DNA from: an uncultured Pelagibacteraceae bacterium
GTDB lineage: Bacteria > Pseudomonadota > Alphaproteobacteria > Pelagibacterales > Pelagibacteraceae
Assembly: GCA_902636165.1 (NCBI GenBank)
Contig: CACPQV010000001.1
Location: forward strand, 1-60,544
DNA length: 60,544 nt
Reading direction: 5' to 3'
The position numbers and the translations under genes are program-made. The notes under the pieces are model-generated. The model worked only from the letters and a program-made list of their open reading frames with translations. It searched no databases and was not told where the DNA came from. Of this stretch, positions 41,759 to 52,337 are shown in pieces (position 1 is the stretch's first letter; each line of letters starts with the position of its first letter).

Positions 41759-43981
41759 TTAATATAAAGGTTCGTCTCTAAAAAAATTTTTCATTTTTAC
41801 GGGTTTTTGCTCTAAGATATATCTATAAACATTATAATTTTCTAAAACCCTTTGAACATAGTTACGAGTTTCTTTAAACTTAATCAATTCAATCCAATCA
41901 ACATAATTGATTTGATTTTTCTGCGGGTTTTTATTTATCTTTTTCCAATATCTGACTCTTTTTGGTCCTGCGTTATAAGCTGCGATAGCAAATGGATAAG
42001 CACCATCATATTCAAGTATTAAACCTGCTATATAGTGTGATCCTAAATTAATATTATATTCTGCATCTTTAGTTAATCTTGATTTTGAATATGGAAGATT
42101 AGCTTGTTTTGCAACTAGCTTAGCAGTATAGGGCATCAGCTGCATTAAACCTTTCGCTCCTGCATGACTATTAGCAGTTAGATCAAATTCACTTTCTTGT
42201 CTAATGATAGATAAAATAAATGCCGTATCAGGAATTTTTCTTCCATTTATATACTTTGGAGTGCTTATTATTGGATAATTAAAAGTATTATGAAATCTTT
42301 TTTCATAAGATGCAATCTTTGCTATTTGAATAGCAAAATCAAATCGATCAATACTTGATGCTAACTCAGCAGCTAAAATTTCACTCCCATTATTAATATC
42401 GTCGTTTGCTAGATGTCTAAGAATATGTTTAGTATATTTATCTTCATTAAGCTCATCCAAAAGATATATTGTTTTTACTAAATCTTTTTTGAAAAAATAA
42501 TCTCTAAAATCTTTTGATATTTCCATATCTTTTGAAAGTTCAAAAGTTTTATTTGGATTAAGCTCCATAAAAGCTAATTGTCCATAATAAGTTGTTAAAT
42601 ACTTTGATGCCTCTTCCAACCACTGTTTTGATAAAGTTTGATTATCTAGTTTTTGATAAGTCTTTGCCAACCAATAAGCTCCACGTGATGTACTAATTGG
42701 ATAACTAACATTATTATAAAAATTTTCAAAATGATCTTTTGCCAATAAGGGATCATTTAAAAAACTTAATGCTATCCATCCACTCATCCATTCAGCAGCT
42801 GCAAATTCTGGTCCATCCAATAAAGCATGTTTGCTTGCAATCTTATAGGCTAATTCATATTTCTTTTTGTAAATTAGAGATCTAGAAATAATTTCTCTTT
42901 CAACCCACCACTTATCAGGTCTGACTAAGTAGTTTTTGGTATTTTTAACTTTTAATAATATTTCAACAGAACTATCAACTCTTCCTCTTTTTCTTCTCCA
43001 TTTTAATCTATCGTAATTTAGTCCAGCATCATTTTTAAATTTTTGTGGGACTTTTGAAATTGCGTTATCAACACCATATGATTTACTCATTAATAATTGT
43101 CTTGCGTTGTATAGTAATTCATAATCTTTTGGCAAATACCTTAATAATCTCTTCAGATCCCAATATTTATTGTTCCATGCAAGATAATCAGCTCTTTTGA
43201 TATAGTCATCTGCGTTGAGAAATTTTTTATATTTTTTTCGATATGATCTTAATTCTGATTTACTTAATTCTGCTGTTATCCATCCTTCTTTGATTAGTGG
43301 AATACCTTTTTGTTTATTACCTTCTAAAATATAACTTTCACCAAGTATCATTTTTCCAAAACCACTTAAGGGTTCATCTACACTAAACCAATCTATAATC
43401 TTTTTAGGTGAAACTGTGTCAGTTGAAAGTTTATGCTCAGCTAAATATTTAATTCTTCCAATTCTAGGATAATCATCATTTTTATCTATAAAAGTTTTGT
43501 ATTCATAATATGATGCTTTGTTTCCTTTAGTCAAAAGATGCCTCCATTGAATAAAATTATATATTGATTTATCTCTAGCTTTTTTAGCTGTCTTAAGTGC
43601 ATTAGGCCACTTAGCTTGTTTCATCTCTAAAATTGCTTTTTTTGCTAAAGTAAAATCTTTTTTACTATAATATTTAGACTTTTTAATTGTCTCTGATTTT
43701 TGAGTTTTAGCAATTAAAGGTTTTTTTTTAGGTAAAATGAAACCAATATTTTCAATCTTTTTTTTTATTATTTTTGTTTCAAATTTATTTTCATTCTTTT
43801 TTATAACTTCTTTTTTAACTATTGGTTTTTTTAAAGGTTTGATTACATCAATTAACAAATTTTTTTCTTTTTGTTCTTTAGTTTGAGATGGTTTTTTTAA
43901 TGGTATTATCTCAGCTAAGGCAAAATTAATAAGATTTATAGATACTAGTAAACTTACAAAAATTGATAATTTTTTAAACAT
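41759..43981 (-). CDS. Soluble lytic murein transglycosylase (Slt70-like)
   Basis: signal peptide; IIRQESEF, GAKGLMQLMP, AYNAGP, ETRNYV. Confidence 0.93.
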   Translation of the reverse strand: MFKKLSIFVSLLVSINLINFALAEIIPLKKPSQTKEQKEKNLLIDVIKPLKKPIVKKEVIKKNENKFETKIIKKKIENIGFILPKKKPLIAKTQKSETIKKSKYYSKKDFTLAKKAILEMKQAKWPNALKTAKKARDKSIYNFIQWRHLLTKGNKASYYEYKTFIDKNDDYPRIGRIKYLAEHKLSTDTVSPKKIIDWFSVDEPLSGFGKMILGESYILEGNKQKGIPLIKEGWITAELSKSELRSYRKKYKKFLNADDYIKRADYLAWNNKYWDLKRLLRYLPKDYELLYNARQLLMSKSYGVDNAISKVPQKFKNDAGLNYDRLKWRRKRGRVDSSVEILLKVKNTKNYLVRPDKWWVEREIISRSLIYKKKYELAYKIASKHALLDGPEFAAAEWMSGWIALSFLNDPLLAKDHFENFYNNVSYPISTSRGAYWLAKTYQKLDNQTLSKQWLEEASKYLTTYYGQLAFMELNPNKTFELSKDMEISKDFRDYFFKKDLVKTIYLLDELNEDKYTKHILRHLANDDINNGSEILAAELASSIDRFDFAIQIAKIASYEKRFHNTFNYPIISTPKYINGRKIPDTAFILSIIRQESEFDLTANSHAGAKGLMQLMPYTAKLVAKQANLPYSKSRLTKDAEYNINLGSHYIAGLILEYDGAYPFAIAAYNAGPKRVRYWKKINKNPQKNQINYVDWIELIKFKETRNYVQRVLENYNVYRYILEQKPVKMKNFFRDEPLY

Positions 43982-44024
43982 AATCTTTTACTATCTGAAT
44001 CTTTAAACTATGTTATAGTTATTT

Positions 44025-44906
44025 ATGTTTAAAGGTTCAAATGTAGCTTTAGTCACTCCATTCAAAAATGATAAACTTGATGAAGAAACTTATATCAAGT
44101 TGATTCATTTTCATATCAAAAATGGCACTAACGGACTAGTTCCTGCAGGTACTACAGGAGAGTCTCCCACACTGAGCCACGGTGAACACGAAAAAGTTAT
44201 AGAATTATGTGTTAAAGAATGTAAGGGTAAAATACCAGTTTTTGCTGGAACAGGCTCTAATTCAACAGAGGAGGCAATTTCATTAACAACTCATGCAGAA
44301 AAAATTGGAGCTGATGGTGCATTGATAGTAACTCCTTATTATAACAAACCTACACAAGAAGGTTTATATCATCATTATAAAGCTATAAATGATAAATGTG
44401 GGATACCAATTTTAATTTATAACATACCTGGTAGATCAGTCATTGATATGTCAGTAGATACAATGGCTAGATTAAGTGAATTAAAAAATATTGTTGGTGT
44501 AAAAGACGCAACAGGAGATTTAGATAGAGTTAATCAGACTATAAAAAAAATTGGTAAAGAATTTATCCAATTAACTGGAAATGATGATAACGCGTTTGAA
44601 TTTAATAAAAGAGGTGGCGTTGGAGCTATAAGTGTTACTGCCAATATTGTACCAAAACTTTGTTCTGATTTTCAAAGACTTTCAAAATCAATAAACAAAG
44701 AAGATATTGGTGAAGCAGAAAAATTAAACAAAATACTTCAACCAATTCATCATGCAATGTTTGTTGAAAGCAATCCTAGTCCAGTAAAATATGCAGCAAA
44801 ATTATTGAATCTCTGTGATGATGATGTAAGACTACCACTGGTAAAAGTTACAGATAAAACTAAAAATATTGTTAAAAAAGCTTTGCAATCAGCACAATTG
44901 ATTTAA
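44025..44906 (+). CDS. dapA: 4-hydroxy-tetrahydrodipicolinate synthase
   Basis: GTTGES, PYYNKP, YNIPGRS, GVKDATG. Confidence 0.97.
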   Translation: MFKGSNVALVTPFKNDKLDEETYIKLIHFHIKNGTNGLVPAGTTGESPTLSHGEHEKVIELCVKECKGKIPVFAGTGSNSTEEAISLTTHAEKIGADGALIVTPYYNKPTQEGLYHHYKAINDKCGIPILIYNIPGRSVIDMSVDTMARLSELKNIVGVKDATGDLDRVNQTIKKIGKEFIQLTGNDDNAFEFNKRGGVGAISVTANIVPKLCSDFQRLSKSINKEDIGEAEKLNKILQPIHHAMFVESNPSPVKYAAKLLNLCDDDVRLPLVKVTDKTKNIVKKALQSAQLI

Positions 44907-45376
44907 TGAAAAAAAAAACCTCTTCTGGTTTAAAAATCATTTGCTTAAATAGAAAAGCAAGTTTTAATTTTTTTTTTGAAGATTTATTAGAAGCAGGAAT
45001 AGTCCTTAAAGGATCTGAGATTAAATCAGTAAGAAATGGTAAAGTAAATATCGCTGACTCATATGCAATAGAAAAAAAAGGAGAAATAATTTTGATTAAT
45101 TCACATATTTCTTCCTATAAACATGCAAGTTACTCAAATCATGGACCTTATGATGACAGAAAATTACTTCTGAATAAACGTGAAATCAACAAGTTAATTG
45201 GAAAAATGCAAAGAGAAGGGTTCACCATAATCCCGACAAAGATGTATTTTAAAAATGGAAAAGCTAAAATTGAACTTGCTGTTGCAAAAGGAAAAAAGAA
45301 ATACGACAAAAGATTAACTAAAAAAAATAGAGACTGGAATCGAGATAAGGCAAGATATGTTCGAAAATCAAGCTAA
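44906..45376 (+). CDS. smpB: SsrA-binding protein
   Basis: [31 protein letters not shown]. Confidence 0.97.
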   Translation: MKKKTSSGLKIICLNRKASFNFFFEDLLEAGIVLKGSEIKSVRNGKVNIADSYAIEKKGEIILINSHISSYKHASYSNHGPYDDRKLLLNKREINKLIGKMQREGFTIIPTKMYFKNGKAKIELAVAKGKKKYDKRLTKKNRDWNRDKARYVRKSS

Positions 45377-45854
45377 TTTTATTTATCTTGGCATAGGTTC
45401 TAATTTAGGAGATAGAAAAAAAAATATTGAACTAGCCAAATATAAACTAGTTGAAAAAAATATTAAGATTCTAGAACTCTCGAATTATTATGAAAGCGCT
45501 TCATGGCCTGATCCAAAAAATCCAAAATTTTTAAACATTGTCATAAAGATATCAACTAACTTAAAGCCAACACAATTACTTAATATATGTAAATTAATAG
45601 AATTAGAATTAGGTAGGAAAAAATCAGGTAAAAATGCACCTAGAATTTGTGATATTGATATAATCGACTTTAAAAGAAAGATCCTAAAATCTACTATTAA
45701 ATTACCACACCCAAGAATGCACAAAAGAAATTTTGTTTTACTTCCATTATTTGAAATTAACAAAAATTGGACCCATCCAGAGACAAAAGATCACATTAAA
45801 ACACTAATTTCACTAATATCTTTTAAAAATATAAGATCTATTAAACAAATTTAA
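45357..45854 (+). CDS. folK: HPPK (2-amino-4-hydroxy-6-hydroxymethyldihydropteridine diphosphokinase)
   Basis: [31 protein letters not shown]. Confidence 0.96.
   Translation: MFENQANFIYLGIGSNLGDRKKNIELAKYKLVEKNIKILELSNYYESASWPDPKNPKFLNIVIKISTNLKPTQLLNICKLIELELGRKKSGKNAPRICDIDIIDFKRKILKSTIKLPHPRMHKRNFVLLPLFEINKNWTHPETKDHIKTLISLISFKNIRSIKQI
45420..45660 (+). repeat. Source copy of the 241-bp direct duplication (inside folK)
   Basis: Identical by eye to 59271-59511 (offset 13851). Confidence 0.95.
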
Positions 45855-45859
45855 TTTAA

Positions 45860-45868
45860 TGGTATAAT
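45860..45868 (+). promoter_or_regulatory. Extended -10 element (TGGTATAAT), candidate leaderless promoter of rel
   Basis: Consensus TGnTATAAT ending 5 nt before ATG 45874; no Shine-Dalgarno. Confidence 0.5.
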
Positions 45869-45873
45869 AATTA

Positions 45874-47619
45874 ATGCTTAATTCTGAAGAATTAATAAAT
45901 AAGGTAAAAGTCTACAATAAGTTTTTAAATCCAGAAAAACTTAATAAAGCATATGATTTTGCTGTTAAAGCTCATAGTAACCAAAAAAGAGCATCAGGAG
46001 ATCCTTATTCTGTTCATCCAATTGAGGTGGCTAACATTCTTACAGAATTAAAATTAGATAGTGCTACAATTACAACTGGATTGCTTCACGATACCATAGA
46101 AGACACTTACGCAACATATGAAACAATAAAAGGAGAATTTGGAAATGAAGTGGCAGATTTAGTTGATGGTGTTACAAAGATATCAGTTTTAGAAAATACT
46201 GCGACCTCGAATTCAAAAGCTGAAAATTTTAGAAAACTTATTCTGGCAACCTCAAAAGATATAAGAGTTTTACTAGTCAAAATTGCTGATAGGCTTCATA
46301 ACATGAGAACAATTAAAGCAATCAATAAAGAAGATAAAAGAAAAAGAATTGCTCAAGAGACAATGGAAATTTATGCACCACTTGCTGATAGAATGGGGAT
46401 GCATAGAATTAGAGATGAACTTGAAGATCTTTCATTTGAAATTTTAAATAATGAAGCAAGAAAATTGATTCAAAAAAGACTTGAAGAAATTAAAGCAGAT
46501 AAAAAAGATACGTTTGAAAATCTTTCTGTTGAATTAAATAATCTTTTGAAGGAAAACAATATTAAATCAGAAATTTTTGGAAGAGAAAAAACGCCATTTT
46601 CTATTTGGAGAAAAGTCCAAAAAAAAAGAGTTTCTCTTGAGCAAATTACAGATATCATAGGATTTAGAATAATTTTGAAAGATATTGATGAATGCTATAA
46701 AACTTTGGGTATTATTCATAAAAAGTACAATTGTATACCAGGTAAATTTAAAGACTATATTTCTTCAGCAAAAATAAATGGTTATAAATCAATACATACA
46801 GCTGTTATTGGATCAAATAAAAAACCAATTGAAATTCAAATTAGAACATCACAAATGCACGAATTTGCAGAAAGAGGTATAGCTTCTCATTGGCAATATA
46901 AATCTTCTGAAAAATTTAATTCCCTTTCTTGGAAAGAATACGATTGGCTAAAAGACCTAGTTGAAATAATAGAAAAAAATGAAAATCCCGAACATTCATA
47001 TGAATACACTAAACTTCAGATGTTCCAGGAAAATGTATTTTGTTTTACACCAAAAGGTTCGGTAATAAAATTACCAAAAAATGCAACACCTATTGATTTT
47101 GCTTATGCAGTACATACAAAAATAGGAGATACCGCAATCGGATGTGAAATTAATGGTAACAAAAGTGAACTCCAATCTATTCTAAGAAATGGAGATAGAG
47201 TTAAAATCATTACTTCAAAAAACCATTCACCTTCTTTACATTGGATACCTATAACTAAAACGGGTAAGGCAAGATCAGCTATAAGAAAATATTGGCACGA
47301 TAGAGGTGAAAGAAAACAACAAAGAATAAAAAAATATAATACTACATTATGGATTTCACTCCCAGATAGACCGGGACAATTAGGAAATGTAAGTTCGTTA
47401 ATTGGTCAACATAAACTAAACATATCTAATCTTGAGATGGTTGGCAAAAACCCAAATTATATTAATTTTAAGTTTCAACTAATAATAAGAGATCTTAAAA
47501 ACTTTACTAATTTTATTGCAGAGCTTAAACAAAAAGGTATAAAATTTAAAATAATAAGACACGAAGATAAAAGAAATGCTTTCACACAAAAAATCCTTAA
47601 ATATTTTAAAAAAAACTGA
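45874..47619 (+). CDS. spoT: Bifunctional (p)ppGpp synthetase/hydrolase (Rel/RSH), shortened
   Basis: HD motif LLHDTIEDT, ADRLHNMRT, KFKDYI, NGYKSIHT, EIQIRT, TGS (DFAYAVHT), terminal ACT (DRPGQL). Confidence 0.93.
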   Translation: MLNSEELINKVKVYNKFLNPEKLNKAYDFAVKAHSNQKRASGDPYSVHPIEVANILTELKLDSATITTGLLHDTIEDTYATYETIKGEFGNEVADLVDGVTKISVLENTATSNSKAENFRKLILATSKDIRVLLVKIADRLHNMRTIKAINKEDKRKRIAQETMEIYAPLADRMGMHRIRDELEDLSFEILNNEARKLIQKRLEEIKADKKDTFENLSVELNNLLKENNIKSEIFGREKTPFSIWRKVQKKRVSLEQITDIIGFRIILKDIDECYKTLGIIHKKYNCIPGKFKDYISSAKINGYKSIHTAVIGSNKKPIEIQIRTSQMHEFAERGIASHWQYKSSEKFNSLSWKEYDWLKDLVEIIEKNENPEHSYEYTKLQMFQENVFCFTPKGSVIKLPKNATPIDFAYAVHTKIGDTAIGCEINGNKSELQSILRNGDRVKIITSKNHSPSLHWIPITKTGKARSAIRKYWHDRGERKQQRIKKYNTTLWISLPDRPGQLGNVSSLIGQHKLNISNLEMVGKNPNYINFKFQLIIRDLKNFTNFIAELKQKGIKFKIIRHEDKRNAFTQKILKYFKKN

Positions 47620-48163
47620 TGCGCTTTTAGAGGGACATTTTGTTTTATCATCTGGTCTTCATTCATCAAAATATATACAATGTGCAAAACTTTTAAGTTA
47701 TCCTTCAAAAGCAAGTAGAATTTGTAAATCATTAGCAGGCAAAATAAAAAAAGAATTCAAAAAAATAGACTTAATATTGGCGCCTGCTATTGGAGGAATA
47801 GTTATTGGGTATGAAATTGGAAGATTGTTAAAAAAAGAGACTATTTTTTGTGAAAGAGTAAATGGCAAATTTGTTTTAAGAAGAGGATTCAAAATTGAAA
47901 AAGGATCAAAAGTTTTAATTATAGAGGATGTTATAACGACAGGAAAATCAAGTATGGAATGTGCACAAATTATTAAAAGATCTAAAGCTACTCTTGTAGG
48001 GTTTGCTTCTATTATAGATAGATCAACTAAAAAAACTCTTAGAATAAAAAAAAAAATTATATCTCATCTAAGAATAAATGTTCCAACATTTAAATCAAAT
48101 AAATTACCAAAAATATTAAAATCAATACCTATCACAACACCTGGAAGTAGATTTATTAAGTGA
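47576..48163 (+). CDS. pyrE: Orotate phosphoribosyltransferase
   Basis: GHFVLSSGLHS, PRPP loop IIEDVITTGKS, PGSR. Confidence 0.95.
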   Translation: MLSHKKSLNILKKTDALLEGHFVLSSGLHSSKYIQCAKLLSYPSKASRICKSLAGKIKKEFKKIDLILAPAIGGIVIGYEIGRLLKKETIFCERVNGKFVLRRGFKIEKGSKVLIIEDVITTGKSSMECAQIIKRSKATLVGFASIIDRSTKKTLRIKKKIISHLRINVPTFKSNKLPKILKSIPITTPGSRFIK

Positions 48164-48885
48164 AACGTTTAGGTGTAAACATTGATCATGTAGCTACCAT
48201 TAGAAATGCTCGAGGTGAACTACACCCAGATCCTCTTAAAGCTGCTAAAATAGTAAAAAAGGCAGGGGCCGACTCTATTACTATTCATTTAAGAGAAGAT
48301 CGAAGACATATAAAAGATATTGATGCTAAAAAGATTTGTAAAATCAAAAATCTTTTAGTGAACTTAGAAATTTCCACAAATCCAAAAATCGTTAATATAG
48401 CTCTTAAGATTAAGCCTAATTATGTGTGTATAGTTCCAGAAAATAGAAAAGAAATTACAACAGAAGGAGGGTTGGATTTAACCAAAAATAGGGGCAAATT
48501 AATTAAGATAATTTCTAAATTTAAAAAAAAAAATATAAGAACAAGTTTATTTATCAATCCTTCTTTGAAAGATATTGAAATTTCTAAACAAATCGGGACT
48601 GATTGCATAGAAATTCATACTGGTCATTTATCAAATTTAATTAAATCAAATAAGAAATATTCAAATGAATTATCTAAGATTAAAAAATCTTCTATTATGG
48701 CTAGTAAATTTGGAATAGAGGTACATGCAGGACATGGTTTAGATTATAAATCAACAAGAATTTTATCTAATATTCCATCAATTAAAGAATTTAATATTGG
48801 ACACTTTTTAATTGGGGAGTCAATTTTCTATGGGCTATTTTCAGTGATTAAAAAATTTAAAAAAATATTAAAGAAAAAAAAATGA
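48160..48885 (+). CDS. pdxJ: Pyridoxine 5'-phosphate synthase
   Basis: LGVNIDHVATIRNAR, HLREDRRHI, HAGHGL, NIGH. Confidence 0.98.
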   Translation: MKRLGVNIDHVATIRNARGELHPDPLKAAKIVKKAGADSITIHLREDRRHIKDIDAKKICKIKNLLVNLEISTNPKIVNIALKIKPNYVCIVPENRKEITTEGGLDLTKNRGKLIKIISKFKKKNIRTSLFINPSLKDIEISKQIGTDCIEIHTGHLSNLIKSNKKYSNELSKIKKSSIMASKFGIEVHAGHGLDYKSTRILSNIPSIKEFNIGHFLIGESIFYGLFSVIKKFKKILKKKK

Positions 48886-49268
48886 AAATTTTAGGTATTG
48901 GTATTGATATTATAAAAAATAGTAGAATAAAAAAATCAATAAAAAATACCAATTTCATTAAAAGAATTTTTGGAAAAGAAGAGGTTAAATTTTCTAATGG
49001 AAAAACAAATAAGACAATTTACTTTGCTAAAAGATTTGCTGCTAAGGAGGCTTTTGCCAAATGTATTGGCACGGGTTTTAGAAATGATTTAAATTTTAAA
49101 GATATCCAAATTTTAAATAACAAAACTGGCAAACCATATTATTTAATATCAAAAAAAATTAAAAACATCGTTGAAAAAAAATTTAAAATAAAAAATTTTG
49201 ATCTATTTCTCTCTTTATCTGATGAGAACGATTATTCTGTTGCATTTACAATATTACAAAGAAAGTGA
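48882..49268 (+). CDS. acpS: Holo-ACP synthase
   Basis: GIGIDI, RFAAKEA, GKP, SLSD. Confidence 0.96.
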   Translation: MKILGIGIDIIKNSRIKKSIKNTNFIKRIFGKEEVKFSNGKTNKTIYFAKRFAAKEAFAKCIGTGFRNDLNFKDIQILNNKTGKPYYLISKKIKNIVEKKFKIKNFDLFLSLSDENDYSVAFTILQRK

Positions 49269-50002
49269 TTATGTACAAAAAATTTTTTATAGAAAATATA
49301 AAAACATTATTTTATGCTTTAATAATAGCTCTAATAATTAGATCTTTTTTATTACAACCTTTTTATATACCATCATCTTCAATGGAGCCAAATTTACTAG
49401 TTGGAGATAGAATTTTTGTAACAAAATACTCTTATGGTTATAGCAAACATTCTTTACCTTTTAGTCCACCAGTTATAAAAGGTAGAATTTTTTACAAGGA
49501 ACCTAAAAGAGGAGATGTAGTTGTTTTCAAGACTCCAGCTGACAATAGAACGGACTATATAAAACGTCTTATTGGATTACCAGGCGACAGAATTCAATTC
49601 ATTGACTCAAATTTATATATCAATAATAGTGAAATCCTTAAATCAAGGATATCTAATATGACAAACGCTTTTTGTGGTAAAAGAAAAATTATAGTATCAA
49701 AATTTGAAGAGTTATTACCAAAAGGTAAAAAATATGAAACAGTTTATTTTAAAGATAATTCATTTCAAAATTCTGATTTATTCATTGTACCTACCAATCA
49801 TTATTTCTTTCTGGGTGATAATAGAGATTGCTCTAAGGATAGTAGATTTTTAACAAGTGTAGGATATGTGCATAAAGATAATCTTGTTGGTAAAGCACAA
49901 TTTATTTTTTTTTCATCTGATAAATCGATTGGAAATTTTTTCTCATTTTGGAAATGGAATAAATCTATAAGATTTAAAAGGTTTTTTAAAAAAATTAAAT
50001 AA
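49265..50002 (+). CDS. lepB: Signal peptidase I
   Basis: IPSSSMEP, YIKRLIGLPGD, GDNRD.SKDSR. Confidence 0.97.
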   Translation: MIMYKKFFIENIKTLFYALIIALIIRSFLLQPFYIPSSSMEPNLLVGDRIFVTKYSYGYSKHSLPFSPPVIKGRIFYKEPKRGDVVVFKTPADNRTDYIKRLIGLPGDRIQFIDSNLYINNSEILKSRISNMTNAFCGKRKIIVSKFEELLPKGKKYETVYFKDNSFQNSDLFIVPTNHYFFLGDNRDCSKDSRFLTSVGYVHKDNLVGKAQFIFFSSDKSIGNFFSFWKWNKSIRFKRFFKKIK

Positions 50003-50670
50003 TGAAATTAGAATATCAAAACTTAGAAAAAAAACTAAGAATAAATTTTAAAGATAAAAATTTACTAATCAAATCATTAACACATAAAAGTTATGATAAG
50101 AATAATAATTATGAAAAGATAGAATTTTTAGGTGACAGAGTTCTTGGATTAGTTATGTCAAAAAAACTCTTAGAAATTTACCCTGATGAAAAAGAGGGAA
50201 TTTTGGATAAGAAATTTGCAGCACTTGTTAATAAAAAAACATGTCTAGAAATTGCTAAAATATTAGAATTACAAAAATATGTTTTATCTTTAAATATTAA
50301 AAGTAAAAAAAATATAATTGAAGATAAAGTTTTATCTGACACCTGTGAATCTTTGATAGGGGCAATTTATTTAGATAGGGGATTTGATATTGTTGAAAAA
50401 ATTATTTTAGACTTATGGTCCAAGCATTTAAAAAATAGTATTAATACTCAAATAGACGCAAAAACAAAACTTCAAGAATATTCTTTGAAAAAATTCAAAA
50501 AATTGCCAACATATAAAGTAATTTCAAATACAGGACCAAGACATAAGCCTCTTTTTAAAGTTTCAGTAAAATTAATAAATAGCAAATTATATATTGGAGA
50601 AGGTAAATCTAAAAAAGATGCAGAACAAAGTGCAGCGATTTTATGTTTAGATAATATCAGAAAAATATGA
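50002..50670 (+). CDS. rnc: Ribonuclease III
   Basis: EFLGDRVL, D..ESLIGAIYLD, dsRBD KTKLQE...SKKDAEQ. Confidence 0.97.
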   Translation: MKLEYQNLEKKLRINFKDKNLLIKSLTHKSYDKNNNYEKIEFLGDRVLGLVMSKKLLEIYPDEKEGILDKKFAALVNKKTCLEIAKILELQKYVLSLNIKSKKNIIEDKVLSDTCESLIGAIYLDRGFDIVEKIILDLWSKHLKNSINTQIDAKTKLQEYSLKKFKKLPTYKVISNTGPRHKPLFKVSVKLINSKLYIGEGKSKKDAEQSAAILCLDNIRKI

Positions 50671-51347
50671 CTTGGGACGATATTGGTTTTTTATTATCTA
50701 AAAATAGATATAACGAAAACTCTCTAATAGTAGACATATATACAAAAAATCATGGTAAGGTATCAGGAATAATTTTTGGTGGCACTTCAAAGAAAATAAA
50801 AAATTATTTGCAAATTGGAAATAACTTACATTTAAATTTTATTTCTAAATCTCAAAATCATATGGGTTATTTTAAAATAGAAATTAATAATGTTTTTTCT
50901 CCTTATTTTTTTGATAATCATCAGAAATTATCTTGTATATATTCGGCTATGAACTTAATTAAAATTCTTAATGCTGATTCTCAATCCAATGATTCAATTT
51001 ATTTTTTGATTGAAGATTTTTATGTTTTATTAGAGAAAAAGGATTGGCTAAAAAATTATATTTTTTGGGAATTAAAACTTTTAAAAATATTGGGTTATGA
51101 AATAGATTTTAAGAACATAGTTGATAAAAAATTGATTAAAAATAGATTACAATATATTACTAAATCTTTTAAAGAAAAAAAAATTGTTCCTAATTTTTTA
51201 ATTAATAAAGATCTCAAGGTTGAAAATTTAGATACTTTACTGGATGGGCTGAATTTAATCTCTAATTTCTTAGATAAAACTATACTCAAACCTAATAATA
51301 TCAATCACCCCGTAAGTAGATTACAATTTATAGCTTCATTAAAATGA
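50667..51347 (+). CDS. recO: DNA repair protein RecO
   Basis: MTWDDIGFLL..Y.E N-terminus, HGK, WE..LL..LGY; follows rnc. Confidence 0.88.
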   Translation: MTWDDIGFLLSKNRYNENSLIVDIYTKNHGKVSGIIFGGTSKKIKNYLQIGNNLHLNFISKSQNHMGYFKIEINNVFSPYFFDNHQKLSCIYSAMNLIKILNADSQSNDSIYFLIEDFYVLLEKKDWLKNYIFWELKLLKILGYEIDFKNIVDKKLIKNRLQYITKSFKEKKIVPNFLINKDLKVENLDTLLDGLNLISNFLDKTILKPNNINHPVSRLQFIASLK

Positions 51348-52337
51348 TTACTTAATAATTTGATCAAGTCTGTCTGCATAATAGCTCACTATAGCATTTG
51401 CGCCAGCGCGTTTTAATGCGATTAAACTTTCTAATACAATATTTTTATTAACTATTCCTTTGTAAACTCCATTAGTTAATAAAGAGTACTCACCTGATAC
51501 TTGGTAAGCTATAACTGGTAATCTAAAATTTTCTTTAACCAATTTTATTATGTCTAAATATGGAAGCCCAGGCTTGACCATTATCATATCTGCACCTTCT
51601 TTAATATCTAAAGCAACTTCTCTTAAAGACTCATCACTATTTTTATAGTCCATTTGGTAAGTTTTTTTATTACCTTTTAGTAATCTTTTGGAACCAACTG
51701 CATCTCTAAACGGTCCATAAAAATTCGAGGCATATTTCACTGCATACGATAATATTTGTGTCATTTTAAATCCATTCTTATCTAAAGATTTTCTAATTTC
51801 TCCAATTCTCCCATCCATCATATCTGATGGGGCAAGAACATCACAGCCCATTTGTGCTTGAAGTAATGATTGGTCAATAAGTATTTTTATTGTTTCATCA
51901 TTCAAAATATAACCGTCCTTTAACAAACCATCATGCCCGTGCGAAGTATATGGATCTAACGCAACATCACACATTATTCCAATTTCATTCTTATATTTTT
52001 TCTTAATTAATTGAATTGCATTGCAAACTAAATTATTTTCATTTATGGCCTCTGTTCCTAAAAAATTCTTCTTTTTCTTTTCAGTGTAGGGAAACAAAGC
52101 GATCATAGGGATACCCTTTTTTAAAGCTTTATCAATAACTAGATTCATTTTATCTAATGAATAACGGAAAACACCTGGCATTGATTGTATTTTTTGTTTT
52201 TTATTTTTTCCATCAATTAGAAAAATAGGTAAAATAAAATCATTTGATGAAAGATTGTTTTCTTCTATTAACCTTCTGGACCAATCATATCTACGACTTC
52301 GTCTAAGTCTTAAATTTGGAAATTTACCTGTAATCAT
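51348..52337 (-). CDS. hemB: Porphobilinogen synthase
   Basis: DVALDPYTSHGHDG, APSDMMDGR, FYGPFRDA, MVKPG, YQVSGEY. Confidence 0.98.
   Translation of the reverse strand: MITGKFPNLRLRRSRRYDWSRRLIEENNLSSNDFILPIFLIDGKNKKQKIQSMPGVFRYSLDKMNLVIDKALKKGIPMIALFPYTEKKKKNFLGTEAINENNLVCNAIQLIKKKYKNEIGIMCDVALDPYTSHGHDGLLKDGYILNDETIKILIDQSLLQAQMGCDVLAPSDMMDGRIGEIRKSLDKNGFKMTQILSYAVKYASNFYGPFRDAVGSKRLLKGNKKTYQMDYKNSDESLREVALDIKEGADMIMVKPGLPYLDIIKLVKENFRLPVIAYQVSGEYSLLTNGVYKGIVNKNIVLESLIALKRAGANAIVSYYADRLDQIIK

Noticed and set aside
45488-45763. Antisense ORF sharing a C-terminus with the hppA ORF
   Set aside because: The identity is explained by the DNA duplication; it is not a real protein family.
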